This document shows positions 39,256 through 51,469 of a DNA stretch of 64,000 bases, in pieces (position 1 is the first letter of the stretch; each line of letters begins with the position of its first letter). Made by a program: the position numbers and the translations under genes. This stretch comes from Octopus sinensis (lineage: Eukaryota). The notes beneath the pieces are model-generated. The model did not search any database and was not told the DNA's origin. It was given only the letters and a program-made list of their open reading frames with translations. The stretch lies in assembly GCF_006345805.1 (NCBI RefSeq), contig NC_043002.1:93868001-93932000 (forward strand). The letters run 5' to 3'.

Positions 39256-40643
39256 AGAATGCCTATTCCTGAAAGTACTTGATTCCGTGAGATAGACGGA
39301 TACCAATGTGTAACATAATCAAACTAGCAACTATAAAACCAAACTCTCTCAGCAATTGAGATTGAGAAAAGAAAAAAGAACCTAAAACTATCTCATGAAA
39401 AAGAAGCTTCACTAAGAGAACAACGAGCAGTGTAAAACATAAAATTTATATCTAAGTTCATTAATATTTCCCCTTTGCTAAAGAAAAATCAGCTACGCAT
39501 AACCAGATTGGCTATCTAATGGATCAAAATTTACCATATACTAATGATTCATCACAAATATGCACATTCTTGAGTCAACGTTATGACTGTGCATCTTCCC
39601 AACCTATAGTTAATAAAATAACATAAGAGCCAGAATTCTTTGATCCTCAGAACTCAACTTACATCTAATGACTGAGATTCAAACCTTGGCATCTGGACCA
39701 GATGGATTCCCAGCCATACTACTAAAAACGTTCAAAAACAGCCTCGTGAAACCATTTAAAAATACTATTTCAAAAGTCGCTAGATACCGGCGAATACCCA
39801 GAACTATCAAAAGACACAATAGTAATACCTACACAAAGGAAGATGGTGAGACTGAATGTAGTAATACACAAAGGAAGGTAGTGAGACTGAAGGTGAAAGC
39901 TACAGACCTGTTTCACTCACACTTCACACATCTAAAGAATTGGTCCATGCCTTGTAGAAAACAATCTCATAGATGGTATACAGCATGGTTTCTGAACTGG
40001 AGGAAGTTGCCTTTCACAACTGTTACTGTATTACCTATTTCACAACTAGCACCGTAACACTATTCTTAATAATCTCTTGAGAGGAAAGGACATTGACTGG
40101 ATATACCTTGATTTTGTTAAGGTGTTCGATGATATTGTTCATGGAATCATTTGTCACAAGTTAAGGAATCTTGGTATCTCAGAAAAACTCAGAGAATGGC
40201 TCTTTGACTTCCTACATGGTAGGAGCCAATCTGTTGCTGGAAATGCTTTTCGCTCTGAAAGTCCCCTGTAATAAGTGGTATACCTCAGGGAACTGTTCTA
40301 GGACTATAATTACTTATCATCAACTTATTACAAGTGCACTCATCCGAAATAACAAGTTACGCCGATGATGCAAAAATATCCATGGCTATCCAAACTCCAG
40401 AAGATACTGTCACACTCCAAAAATGAGCTAAACCTCATCCATCAATAGGTGGATTAAAACAATATGAAATTTAATACATCAAAATTTCAGGTCGCTCGTT
40501 ACAGAGGGAATATATACAAATCACAATATTTGACACCATACTGATTCAGAGCGCTAATGGCATATGGGATTTAGAAGTAATCATGTCAAATGATGCATCT
40601 TTCATTAGCCACATCACCAAACTAACCTCTGAATGCAGACATC

Positions 40644-41076
40644 GGATCTTTTCGGTTTGAACGGCAGTTTTTTCTAGCGGTGTCATATGAAATTGTCACC
40701 CATAATTATGACCCTAGTATCGATCTATTGCATTTCAATCTGTTTTAGGGTTAGGGTTACGGTTACGGTTATGGGTGGGGGGAGGGTATCTTTTTTTCTT
40801 CACAAATGTAAATAAACCCAATCTGTTTCTTAAACGAGGGACATATTCATACGGCACAGAATGCTTTTTTTTTACCTCAATAGACGTCAGTGATTAGTTG
40901 AAATTGCAGAAATTGAAGGAAAAACAACAACGAATATCTTAGAAACCATAGAATTTTCTCAATAAAGCCAAGAGAAAAAGATGTTTTATAAACACATTCT
41001 ACCAGTATACGAAGTTTAAAAGTGTTTAGTTACCTAGAAATTATGTTAAAAACTGCCGTTCAAACCGAAAAGATCC
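40644..41076. mobile_element. GGATC-TIR MITE, 8-bp TSD (opposite orientation)
   Basis: TSD CAGACATC at 40636-40643 and 41077-41084; internal TTAGGG-like units. Confidence 0.93.
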
Positions 41077-41383
41077 CAGACATCTCATAGGATGGATCCT
41101 ACAAACCTTTGTGACAAGAGAACCAGTAGTTAGGCTTACTCTATGGAAAATCTGAGTTCTGAACAGGTTAGATTATTGCTCACAGCTTCGGTCTCCTAAC
41201 TTATCCAGTCTCATTAAAAGGTTACAAAGAACGTTCACCAGTAAAATACATTTGGTTAAAAGACTTAGCTACTGGGAATATTTAAAAACGTTGCATCTTT
41301 ACTATCTTGAATGCTGAAGAGAGAGATATATACTGTCACATACGTATGGAAAATCCTGTTCCAAACTTCAATATTAGAGAGAA

Positions 41384-41776
41384 CTAGCAGTATCGCCCGT
41401 CGTTGCTCGGGTTTGTTTAGACCCTTTAGAATTGGAATTTTTGAAAAGTAAAACTTTTGCATTATGTAGCTTGTTATTCTCTTTAAGCGAACATTTTTCT
41501 GGTTGAAATACACCAAAAAATGGCGACACAGCAGTCAAAAAATCGTTAAAAATAGGGATTTTCATAAAAAAAAAAAAGCACCTTTTTGATGTAAATAATT
41601 TTTGGTGTTAATATGATCCGATTTGAATTTTTTTCTTCTACGGAAGGAAGAGCAAGCCTTCTATCATACTCTCAATTTTGGTCAACTTGCACCGCAGGGT
41701 CTCGGAGGAGATAGTGTTAGTTGAAGGCTACCAAACCTGCCACACACAGACAACTTCAGCTTTGTATATATATAGA
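41384..41776 (-). mobile_element. Non-autonomous Helitron
   Basis: A|TCTATATATAT ... CCCGAGCAACGACGGG hairpin ... CTAG|T, no TSD. Confidence 0.85.
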
Positions 41777-42094
41777 TTTTAATGCACAAACTGTTAGACA
41801 CTGTCGGCTTCCAAATATACCACCTTCGAAATCACAAGCGAAAGCACTTTATTGTACCAGTCTGATATTAAGAGGTCCTCAAACTGTTCAACTGCCTGCC
41901 TGAAGTAATCAGAAATATAAATGGGACCTTTAGTGAAACATTAAACAAAAAACATTGGCTAAACTCCTAACAATAATACCGGACTAGTCAGCCATTCAAT
42001 GATGCACTTAGGAGAGTTCAGCTACTCCCAACTAAATCACAGTCCAACTCCCACCCATAAAGTAGCAATAAAGCTGATAGAAAATAAATTAAAG

Positions 42095-42253
42095 TGGTAC
42101 TCCACTATGGCTGCAGTCCTACAACTGAAACCTCCCAAATACATGGTTCCGGGTTCAGTCCCACAGCGTGGCATCTTGGGCAAGTGTCTTCTGTTATAGC
42201 CTCGGGTCAACCAAAGCCTTGTCAGTGAATTTGGTAGATGTAAAATAAAGCCG

Positions 42254-42287
<34 letters not shown>

Positions 42288-42336
42288 GTGTGCGCGCGCG
42301 TGTATGCATATATACATACACACATACATACATACA

Positions 42337-42367
<31 letters not shown>

Positions 42368-42556
42368 TTCTTTACTACCCACAAGGGGCTAAACACAGAG
42401 GGGACAAACAAGGACAGACAAAGGGATTAAGTCGATTACATCGACACCCAGTGCGTAACTGGTACTTAATTTATCGACCTCGAAAGGATGAAAGGCAAAG
42501 TCGACCTCGGCGGAATTTGAACTCTGAACGTAACGACAGACGAAATACGGCTAAGC
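42095..42556. mobile_element. SINE B head (+, 42095-42255), microsatellite, SINE A (-, 42366-42556)
   Basis: Family-diagnostic segments. Confidence 0.8.
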
Positions 42557-42573
42557 ATATATATATATATATA

Positions 42574-42895
42574 TAACGGGAAGCTTTATGAAAATAGACA
42601 AAAGACGAAGGCAGGTTTACGGAAATAAACAAAAGACGAAGGCAGGTGGAATACAAACAAACAAGTGTATTAGTATGGCGCTCAGGAAATATAAATAAAA
42701 CAAGTCTTTAACGTTTCGAGCCTACGCTCTTCAACAGAAAGATACACAGAGAAAAAACACAGAAAGAAGGAGAGAAAAAAATATGCGTGCAGAGGCTAGC
42801 GAATCAACATGGCGATCTGATTTCGGCCAGAAGTCAAAGATCAAACGTGAGACGCAAGAGCGAAATTAGGGGAGATAATAGGGTTAAGGGTTGAG
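42574..42895 (-). mobile_element. Short non-coding element ending in (TA)n, probable Penelope-like pLTR/retrozyme-type repeat
   Basis: Contains a hammerhead-like motif; no ORF; abuts a (TA)n tract. Confidence 0.55.
42705..42742 (-). ncRNA. Candidate minimal type I hammerhead ribozyme (non-canonical CUGUUGA core)
   Basis: UCUUU-CUGUUGA-A-GAGC(GUAG)GCUC-GAAA-CGUU-AAAGA: stem I 5 bp, stem II 4 bp, palindromic ACGU stem III, NUH triplet GUU. Confidence 0.55.
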
Positions 42896-43236
42896 AAATT
42901 AAGTACCAGTTACGCACTGGGGTCGATGTAATCGACTTAATACCTATGTCTGTCCTTGTTTATCCCCTCTATGTTTAGCCCCTTGTGAGCAATAAAGAAA
43001 TAAGTAACATCATACCAATATGTCGATACCCATTCAACATTTTCTCCACATTAGTGATCCGCGACGTTCAACTTTCACAAAGCAGTTCTACTATAGCAAC
43101 CACCTCACCTAACATATTACCAACATTGGTAACCCCGACGTTTCATCTACCCTCACCAACAATTGTAACCTGGTGTTTATACAAACTATCAACAATGATG
43201 ACTTTCGGCGACTGAAAAAAGGCTTGCAGCTAATAA

Positions 43237-44419
43237 TCTTTATATATATAAAACTGAGAATGTGTGTCTGTCTGTGTGTTTCCCTAAAACTTGAGAACTA
43301 CACAACCAATTTCATTCAAATTTTACACATGCCTTACTTAGGGTCCGGGGAGTGTCATCAGCAAAAAAAATTTTTCACTTTTTGCCTAGGGCGAGCCCAC
43401 AGCAATATCATATCTTCTCCACTACGATTCCCTAAAACTTGAGAACTAAACAACCAATTCCATTCAAATTTTACACATGCCTTACTTAGGGTCCATGTAG
43501 TTTCATGGGCAAAAAAAAATGTTCAACTTCTTGCCTAGAGCGAGCCCATAGCAATATCATATCTTCTCCATTATTTCCGTATTACGTGTTAAAAGTGAAA
43601 CAAAAACGTTTCTCTATTTTATGTCAGATACTTTCACTTTAACAATAAAAATGATAATAACAATTGAATTATATGTAGTAAGTAATAATTAAAATCAAAC
43701 TAAATTATAATATAATCGTAACATGACAAAAGTAAAAATAGCAATTGGTATAAAATTGCATCAATGATTTGAACTTGAATAAGTGGTTTCACATGAATGG
43801 GAATAAATTAAAAATGAAATTAACGTGCAGAAATGGAATAGTCCAGATGGATAATAAAAAATTAAATTAAAGAAAAGACTATTGTCTATAAAGTATACAA
43901 TGTAGAGAAAAAAGATTTGAACACATGGAGGAAAGCACCTTCGAAAAGTGTCTTGGTGCGACTATGAAAGGTATCTAATCAGAGGCGGTAAATTCGCCAC
44001 AATAGAAGCAAGGTTCGAGTCAATGGAGCGTGCAAGGGAGTACTCGACTTGAACTTGCAAAGTGGAAATATTTAAATTTTACCTTTATATCTGGGACGTA
44101 GGACGTCCCTGAAAAAAATTTTTTAATGCCCCCCCCCCCACTTCCCCGAAGTAGAAGTAGGCTGGATTGTAGCCACACTTCTATACAAGAGGGAGGACAA
44201 GATACAATTGATCGAAATTATAAAACACGGGCTAACAATTCTAGTCTGTTATATATTTTGAGTATTGTTATCACTAGCGATATCAAGATATAACTTTGTA
44301 TTTTGTATTTTATGTGTCGATGTATATATATAGATGTACATGTAATATGTACACATATATATACACATATATACATGCACTAGCACTATGACCCGGCAAC
44401 GACGGATCTTTAATGCTAG
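43237..44419 (+). mobile_element. Non-autonomous Helitron, 1183 bp, with internal 148-bp-period duplication
   Basis: A|TCTTTATATATATAAAA...GACCCGGCAACGACGGATC...CTAG|T; duplicated units at 43280-43422 and 43428-43570. Confidence 0.85.
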
Positions 44420-44797
44420 TATATTATACTTTAGCGATGTCGACGCTTAACTACACAATTTTCACTTTTCCCACAACAGAACACGCCACATTGGCGACTG
44501 TTGACTGTATCAACCCGACGCCGACATAAATTCCATACCATCAGAAAGAGACGTTTCTATGTCTTAAATCAAAACAAGAACAAATTTGATTACAATCAGA
44601 TGTGTTTACAAAATGTGGGAGCTTCTGCGAGCGATGTAGATATGATCGCCTTAATGCATAAAAGCTGTATAACGAATCGACTCATATTGCAGTTAATCAT
44701 TTATCAACTCTTGAAGAGGAAAACTTTATTTCGCGTCACTGAGAAAGGAGTAGATGATTAGGTTCGAAATCCCTTCATAAATATTAAATATTCCATC

Positions 44798-45216
44798 GGA
44801 TCTTTTCGGTTTGAACGGCAGTTTTTAACATAATTTCTAGGTAATTAAAATATTTTAAACGTTGTATATTGGTAGAATGTGTTTATAAAACATCTTTTTC
44901 TCTTGGCTTTATTGAGAAAATTCTATAGTTTGTAAGATATTTGTAGTTTTTTTTTTCTTCAATTTCTGCAATTTCAACCAATCAGTGACATCTATTGAGG
45001 TAAAAAAAAAAAAAACATTCTGTGCCGTATGAATATGTCCCTCGTTTAAGAAACAGATTGGGTTTATTTACATTTGTGAAGAAAAAAAGACACCCTTCCC
45101 CCCACCCCTAACCCTAAAGCATTGAAATGCAATAGATCGATACTAGGGTCATAATTATGGGTGACAATTTCATATGACACCGCTAGAAAAAACTGCCGTT
45201 CAAACCGAAAAGATCT
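44798..45216. mobile_element. GGATC-TIR MITE, 8-bp TSD
   Basis: TSD ATTCCATC at 44790-44797 and 45217-45224. Confidence 0.92.
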
Positions 45217-45242
45217 ATTCCATCTAATATTAGTTTTAAATA

Positions 45243-45600
45243 AGGCAACGAGCTGGGAGAATCTATTTCTTTACTACCCACAAGGGGTTAAACACAGAGA
45301 GGACTAACAAGGACAGAAAAACGGATTAAGTCGGTTATATCGACCCCAGTGCGTAACTGGTACTTAATTTATCGACCCCGAAAGGATGAAAGGCAAAGTC
45401 AACCCCGGCGGAATTTCAACTCAGAACGTAGCGGCAGACGAAATACGGCTACGCATTTCGCCGGGCGTGCTAACGTTTCTGCCAGCTCGAGCTGGGAGAA
45501 TCGTTTGCATGCGAATGCCGCACAAAATGCTTCGCAGCATTTCGTCTTTCTTTACATTCTGAGTTCAAATTCTGCATTGGGGTCGATATAACCGTCTAGC
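45243..45600. mobile_element. Young SINE A (-, 45264-45488) nested in the head of an older SINE A (+)
   Basis: 14-bp TSD GAGCTGGGAGAATC at 45250-45263 and 45489-45502. Confidence 0.85.
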
Positions 45601-45843
45601 CTTTGCCCAAAGTTTTAAGCCTTGTGCCTATAGCAGAAGAGAATATTAGTCATAAACTATTATAGCGACGCAAGTCATAATAAACCTTTATCGGCGATAA
45701 TATGATGTAATGATCATGTTGCTCGAATAGGTAGAATTGTTAGTTTCCCATTGGTTGAAATTACTGCCCATATTTGAGTTCTAAACTTTCGTCAAAGAGA
45801 AATCTTTCACGAAATACGGTTCTTAGAATTTAGGTATGAGCAG

Positions 45844-46070
45844 GGATCTTTACCTTTTGACCAACAGATTTAAAAATAATTTTTTTGTAACTAAACACTT
45901 TCAAACTTCGGACACTGGTAGAATGCATCATATAAAACATCTTTTACTCTTAGCATTTTTGACAAAAACTGATATTTACGAAGTTATTTCACGTTAAAGT
46001 TGTAGTTTTTCGGTAATTTCAACCAATCAATGACGTGTATTCAGCTGAATAAAATTACTGCCGACTTGGT
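45844..46070. mobile_element. Diverged, truncated relative of the GGATC-TIR MITE
   Basis: GGATCTTTACCTTTTGA start; shares AAACTTCG..ACTGGTAGAATG, TATAAAACATCTTT and AATTTCAACCAATCA.TGACGT. Confidence 0.7.
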
Positions 46071-46199
46071 TAGAAAACCTTTGATCATGTGTCAACTTGA
46101 TCGAAACTAGCCTGAAGTGAAACAACTCTGGAGATTACACAGCAAAAAGAAAGAAAAAAGGCTAAAGATTCATCGTCAATAACAAAAAAATGATCTTTA

Positions 46200-46540
46200 T
46201 CGACAGAAGTATAAATGAATATAAGGAACTACAAAGTAGAATATCCAACGGACATTGTACTAGACGGTTCAACAAATGAAACTCAGTGTCCGTATAGTGT
46301 ATTGTATATGAAGTAATATAGAAGAACTGAAAGACCTTGGTTGAGGTCTATGTAGGCAAATACCATCAGTTTACAGAAATGGTGAAAATAAGTATGTAGT
46401 GAGGAAGAGGAGAAATCCGATTTAGAGCTATGTCTAAAACATTATAACCCTTCTATGGCGAACAACTTTTCCCGAAACGTCAAATCGATTCCTTCCCTCA
46501 CGGCTAGGTAAATTGTTTTATTTACAAATATCTATAGAGA
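46200..46540 (+). mobile_element. Possible Penelope-like element 3' remnant (GIY-YIG-like)
   Basis: Degenerate IVYEV...VYVGK; followed by CGAAACGTC. Confidence 0.4.
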
Positions 46541-47022
46541 TAACTCCGCTTGGGGAAAAGCTCCTTTAAATTAAACTCATCCGTTTTGAATAAAGACATT
46601 AGATAATATAGCCCTGCATAGCTTTAAAAATACCGGGGCATAATTCTGCCAATCCACCGTACTCGATTGCTATTTTTATTGACCCCAGAAAGGGATGAAA
46701 GGCCTAACAAAGCACTCAATATCAGTGTTTCAGCAACTAGTAATTTCTATCTTACAGTATATCTATTCATCGAGCAGTTTCATAAAACCGAACCATATCC
46801 AAAGTTGTTACTATACTGCCAAAATCAGACTCCTCTCCTGTTGCGTGGTCCACATTCTAGTTTTAATTGACTTAAATTTGAAGTTATTCCTTCCGTCCTT
46901 CTTGAGCTGAATTAATCATTAAGATAAATTTTTCTCCCCATTACTGGAAAAGTTTCAATTATTTAAAATTTCTTCGATCACCACATTATGTAGCACTGCC
47001 CTTCACCTTTTGGTTTTCTCTA

Positions 47023-47242
47023 GGCGGCGAGCTGGCAGAAACGTTAGCACGCTGGGCGAAATGCGTAGCCGTATTTCGTCTGCCGTTACGTTCTGAGTTC
47101 AAATTCCGCCGAGGTCGACTTTGCTTTTCATCCTTTCGGGGTCGATAAATTAAGTACCAGTTACGTACTGGGGTCGATGTAATCGACTTAATCTGTTTGT
47201 CCTCTCTGTGTTTAGTACTACCTTGTGGGTAGTAAAGAAATA
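47023..47242 (+). mobile_element. SINE family A with 12-bp TSD
   Basis: GGTTTTCTCTAG at 47012-47023 and 47243-47254. Confidence 0.9.
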
Positions 47243-47620
47243 GGTTTTCTCTAGCCTTTTTACCATTTCAAAATTAAGTGCTGTTTACAAGATACAAACC
47301 TGTGACTTCACAGCTGTTTCTCTCCTATCTTATACATTTATCCATCCACTACACCAGTGTTAGTAGAAAGGAGAAATAAAGCATTCTCTGCTGAAGACAC
47401 CTACGCTCTCACTTCCTCTCTCCCTAACTCCAAAGCGTAATATTTAGTGTTATATGCATAAAAGGACGTGGTTAGAAAAATCGGTACAGCAGTATTTGTT
47501 TGGTCTCAAGTTCTGAGTTAAAGACTAACTTTGCCTTTCATCGTTCAAAGTTGATAAAGTAAATACTAGTCATATACTAGGGTTGAGGTAATTGACTATA
47601 TTCAAAATGTGTAATCTTAT

Positions 47621-47979
47621 TCTCTTTTACTTGTTTCAGTCATTTGACTGCGGCCATGCTGGAGCACCACCTTTAGTCGAGCAACTCGACCCCGGGACTT
47701 ATTCTTTTTGTAAGCCCAGTACTTATTCTATCGGTCTCTTTTTGCCGAACCGCTAAGTGACGGGGACGTAAACACACCAGCATCGGTTGTCTAGGGGAAC
47801 AAACAGACACACATATATATATACGTATATACGACAGGCTTCTTTCAGTTTCCGTCTACCAAATCCACTCACAAGGCATTGGTCGGCCCGGGGCTATAGC
47901 AGAAGACACTTGCCCAAGATGCCACGCGGTGGGACTGAACCCGGAACCATGTGGTTGGTTAGCAAGCCACTCCTGCGCC
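47621..47979 (-). mobile_element. SINE family B
   Basis: Near-identical to 21933-22356 with a shorter microsatellite. Confidence 0.88.
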
Positions 47980-50900
47980 TACTATTGTTTAGAAATAATT
48001 TTCTTGTAATTGATAAAGAAATTTACATCCATTTGTTTACGAGTTAGGATTAAGTAATTGTTTATTATTCCTTTAGCTAGGCCCGATGGATTTAAGTCCT
48101 AGCACGAGCCTTAGTGTAAGCAACGAGAAACCACTCATACGTGTATCTTTGAAATCCTGTTCAGTCTACCCAAATGTAAGCCAACGAAAGAGCCTCAACG
48201 TGGTCGCTTAACGAGCTAGAAGTAGCAGCCATTGTGACTGCTATTTCTGGCTCATTAAGTTCCTTTAAATTACACACGTCTTAAGTAAAGACATTTAAAT
48301 AATGTAGTCCTGCATAGCTTTAACAATACCGAGTGGTCACGACTGGAATACTTTTAATTATAGGTCTGCTCAGTTAGGATTAACCTAGAGTTACCAGCAA
48401 CATCGTCAGCAACCCAAGTGTGTTCAACCATATAGTCAGGAAGATAGACCCCTTCCCAATCTCTAAATTGTCAAAAATGTGAGAGCAGCTTTCTATGTCC
48501 ATTTCGTTACCACCACCACCGTGATGTGATCCTTTATTTTTCTCAGGATCTCCGAGACTGTCGGGGGAGGGGATGCTTGCAACAGAGTAAATTCTGTCAA
48601 AGGAAACCTAAGGACCGGGTTATTGTGTTGAACTGGCCCATGAATTTTGTCTACTACCCAAAAACTCAAAGTACCAAAACAAAAATACAAGTCGTTCAAT
48701 GTGTTAATAATTCTGCCTATCCACCGCCCTTGACTGCTATTTTTTTTTTTATCTACCTCCAGAAAGGAATGAAAGGCAAAACTGACCACAGCGGGATTTG
48801 AACTTTGGGGCAAATACTGAACATTTCCTCCTACGCTCTACTGACTCTGCGAATTCGCCTCTCCCAGTTAGATAAAGATATGCATTACACACATACACAC
48901 GAATGCGCCCGGATACAGAAACTTAATTTGTACAATTAGCGTAGATGGGGAGGGGGGGGGTATTTTTCGACAGGAACTTGGTTAAGATGCGAAAATCATG
49001 CAAAAAAATAAAATAAAAAAAGTTTCTTGAAAACAACAAAACAGAGGACATGGTTATTTGATCCAAGACTAAGCATTTGATGAATACTATATTTAGATAA
49101 ACGCGTATGACTAACATCACTATCATATCCTCATACTTACGGTGCATCATAACTTACCTTATTAATCAGCGACACACACATTATTGTATGTATATATTAT
49201 ACATTACTAACACACACCACCTACATATGTATATAATACACTTAATATTACAAACTCAGGTACATACCTTATACACACACACATATATATTATTACAAGC
49301 ACACACACAGTATAAACGCAAGCTTTGAATGTTTGTTTATTCAGGTGTCATTTTACCTAATTCTCATAAAATCCTTTTAACTGGTAGATTTCCAAGAGTG
49401 TCTGAAAAACTACTTACCTGTTAGTAAAATATATCTTAGCTTGTTTCTCTCTCCAACATGGCACAGTCCTATCGCCTTTGCGATATATTACACCAGCACA
49501 AACGACTTGATTCCAATATAATTTTTTAAAGATTACTGTATAGTTGTCAAAAATTTCTAATACCATAAATAGTTTTCAAGAAACTTACGCTGGTAGCAAT
49601 AGTAGAAGCGTTTACAGAGAGTTTATATTTATAATAGTGTGCTACATAGCGCTTTGGGGAGATAATTTGAAATAAATGCACACCCTCTTTACATACATAC
49701 TATATACATATATACACCATACAATTTTGTTTCGCCATGAAAAGTAAAAAAGTGGTTACAGTACAAATGTATCTATGGAAAGAAAAATTGAGAAAGAAAA
49801 CGTTCAGATAAAGAACATGTATTTTTCTGTTCACAAAGATTTACAGCTCTTTTGGAGGTTCACGCAGCGAAATAGTAAATTGGGGACCCACAATAGTATT
49901 ATAAGAGTCCATGAAAAAAACTTTTGCTTTAGTTGTATGTAATGCAAGAAACAGCTAGGTTTCTTTCCCTAGCATTTTACACAGTTCAACCTACACAAGA
50001 TAATGTGAAAAACAATAGAAATTGTGAATCAAATTCATATTACAAAGAAGTTGGAGTACACCAACTAGGACATTTGAACTGGTGGAATTTGCATGACAGT
50101 CAAGCTTTAGCGATGTGGATAAATTAATAGTGCACTATGCAGAATTTTTAGACCAGCTGTATTCGGTACAAATAGCTATTGGCCACAAATGTGGACAGGA
50201 ACGTTCATTCTTTTTTCCTGAAGAAAATTTTACAAGATCAGAAACTAGTTGGATTGGTTTGTTTTTCTAGAGATAAACCATCCAAACTTATATAAATGCC
50301 TTGAACAAGAGGTGAAATTGGGCCGTGAGTCACATGGGGTATTATCAAGCCAAATTTTTTTTCTAAATATTCATAATTTCTAGTTGGCAAAATATTTTTT
50401 TTTTCTTTTGTTCCCTTCCTCTACTCTTCTGACTCATTGAGGATGTGTTGCAAGTGGTGTGGCACTGTCACGAAAGGTAGATGTCAGTTTTTTTCTAGTT
50501 ATTCCATGTTCAAATTTTGATTTAATGCATATTGTAACGGAGATATCAATAGGAGTTGGCCTGAGTGGAGAGAGGAGGAAGGTGAGCAAAGGGGATGTCT
50601 GCAAAAGGTGTATAGCATGTTGTGCTGACAACACTGGAGGAGCTAAGAGAATGAAATGGATGAAGTAAAAAAGAAAAACCTGTTTTTACTTTTACTTTGT
50701 TCAAATTTATCAAAACCTTCCAAACATGGAATAACAATATACAATGGTTAAGCAATAATTTAAATAAAAAACAATGTAAAAGAATTTAAAGGGATTCAGT
50801 TGTTTTTATTTTTTAAAGCCAGTTACAGATATGCTGTGAGAACTGTAAAATGAGATATTTTGAAACAAGGAAAAACTGACAAAGACACTGCATGGAATAG

Positions 50901-51266
50901 TTGAATGCCACCTGCATTTTACAGTTGTATGGCAGACAGGAACAAGTAGAAAAATCTTTCCTTTTAATTTACTCTGGATTTTAGATAGCAATGGCATGAA
51001 TTTAACTAAGTATCCTGTTAGAAGCAAAATAGTAACACTGAATGCGATACAAAGGTAGTGTTAACACTATGTATCAAGCAGAAGTTGGTGGTGACAGAGA
51101 CCAGACAGCTGTGGCAACTAATGAAGCCACTGGTAGTGGTAGTGGCCAGACTGAAGTCACAGTTGAAATGTCATTCATGCAGAACAGCGAGTGACCAGAT
51201 GGAGAGAATGTGTAGAAACAAGTTTTGAAACATGAATGTTAAATACTACCACAAATGGATTTTTCT

Positions 51267-51342
51267 TTAAGTACCCTTCAAAGAAGACATCCCTGCTCTC
51301 ATGATTTCATCTACTAATAAAAGATTGCTGGCAATAACGGTA
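51267..51342 (-). CDS. CCT6: T-complex protein 1 subunit zeta, last coding exon
   Basis: TTTTCAG/ (C)TVIASNLLLVDEIMRAGMSSLKGT*. Confidence 0.95.
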
Positions 51343-51469
51343 CTGAAAATGAAAAAAATATAAATAAATATTTAAAACAATAATAAAATTTGGACACAAA
51401 AACAAACACACATCAAACAATGTATATATATTTATCAAAACATTTAATTATGTGGTAAAATTATATTAA

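Larger units (their letters stand above)
37800..42050 (+). mobile_element. Degraded CR1-clade LINE interrupted by two MITEs and a Helitron
   Basis: APE: VALNETHLTPDILD..SGYVLLRTD, PTRGKNILDLVFT; RT: ASGPDGFPAILLK, IYLDFVKVFD.I.HGII; C-terminal GPQ.FNCLP..IRNI after the Helitron. Confidence 0.82.

Noticed and set aside
40744-40781. True telomere or chromosome-fusion scar
   Set aside because: The TTAGGG units are few and lie inside a TSD-flanked MITE
43125-43165. GAAACGUC on the minus strand as a second hammerhead
   Set aside because: No CUGANGA-like core or stem II upstream
49933-50127. Non-repetitive 64-aa ORF as terminal exon of a third gene
   Set aside because: No recognisable domain and no supporting upstream exons
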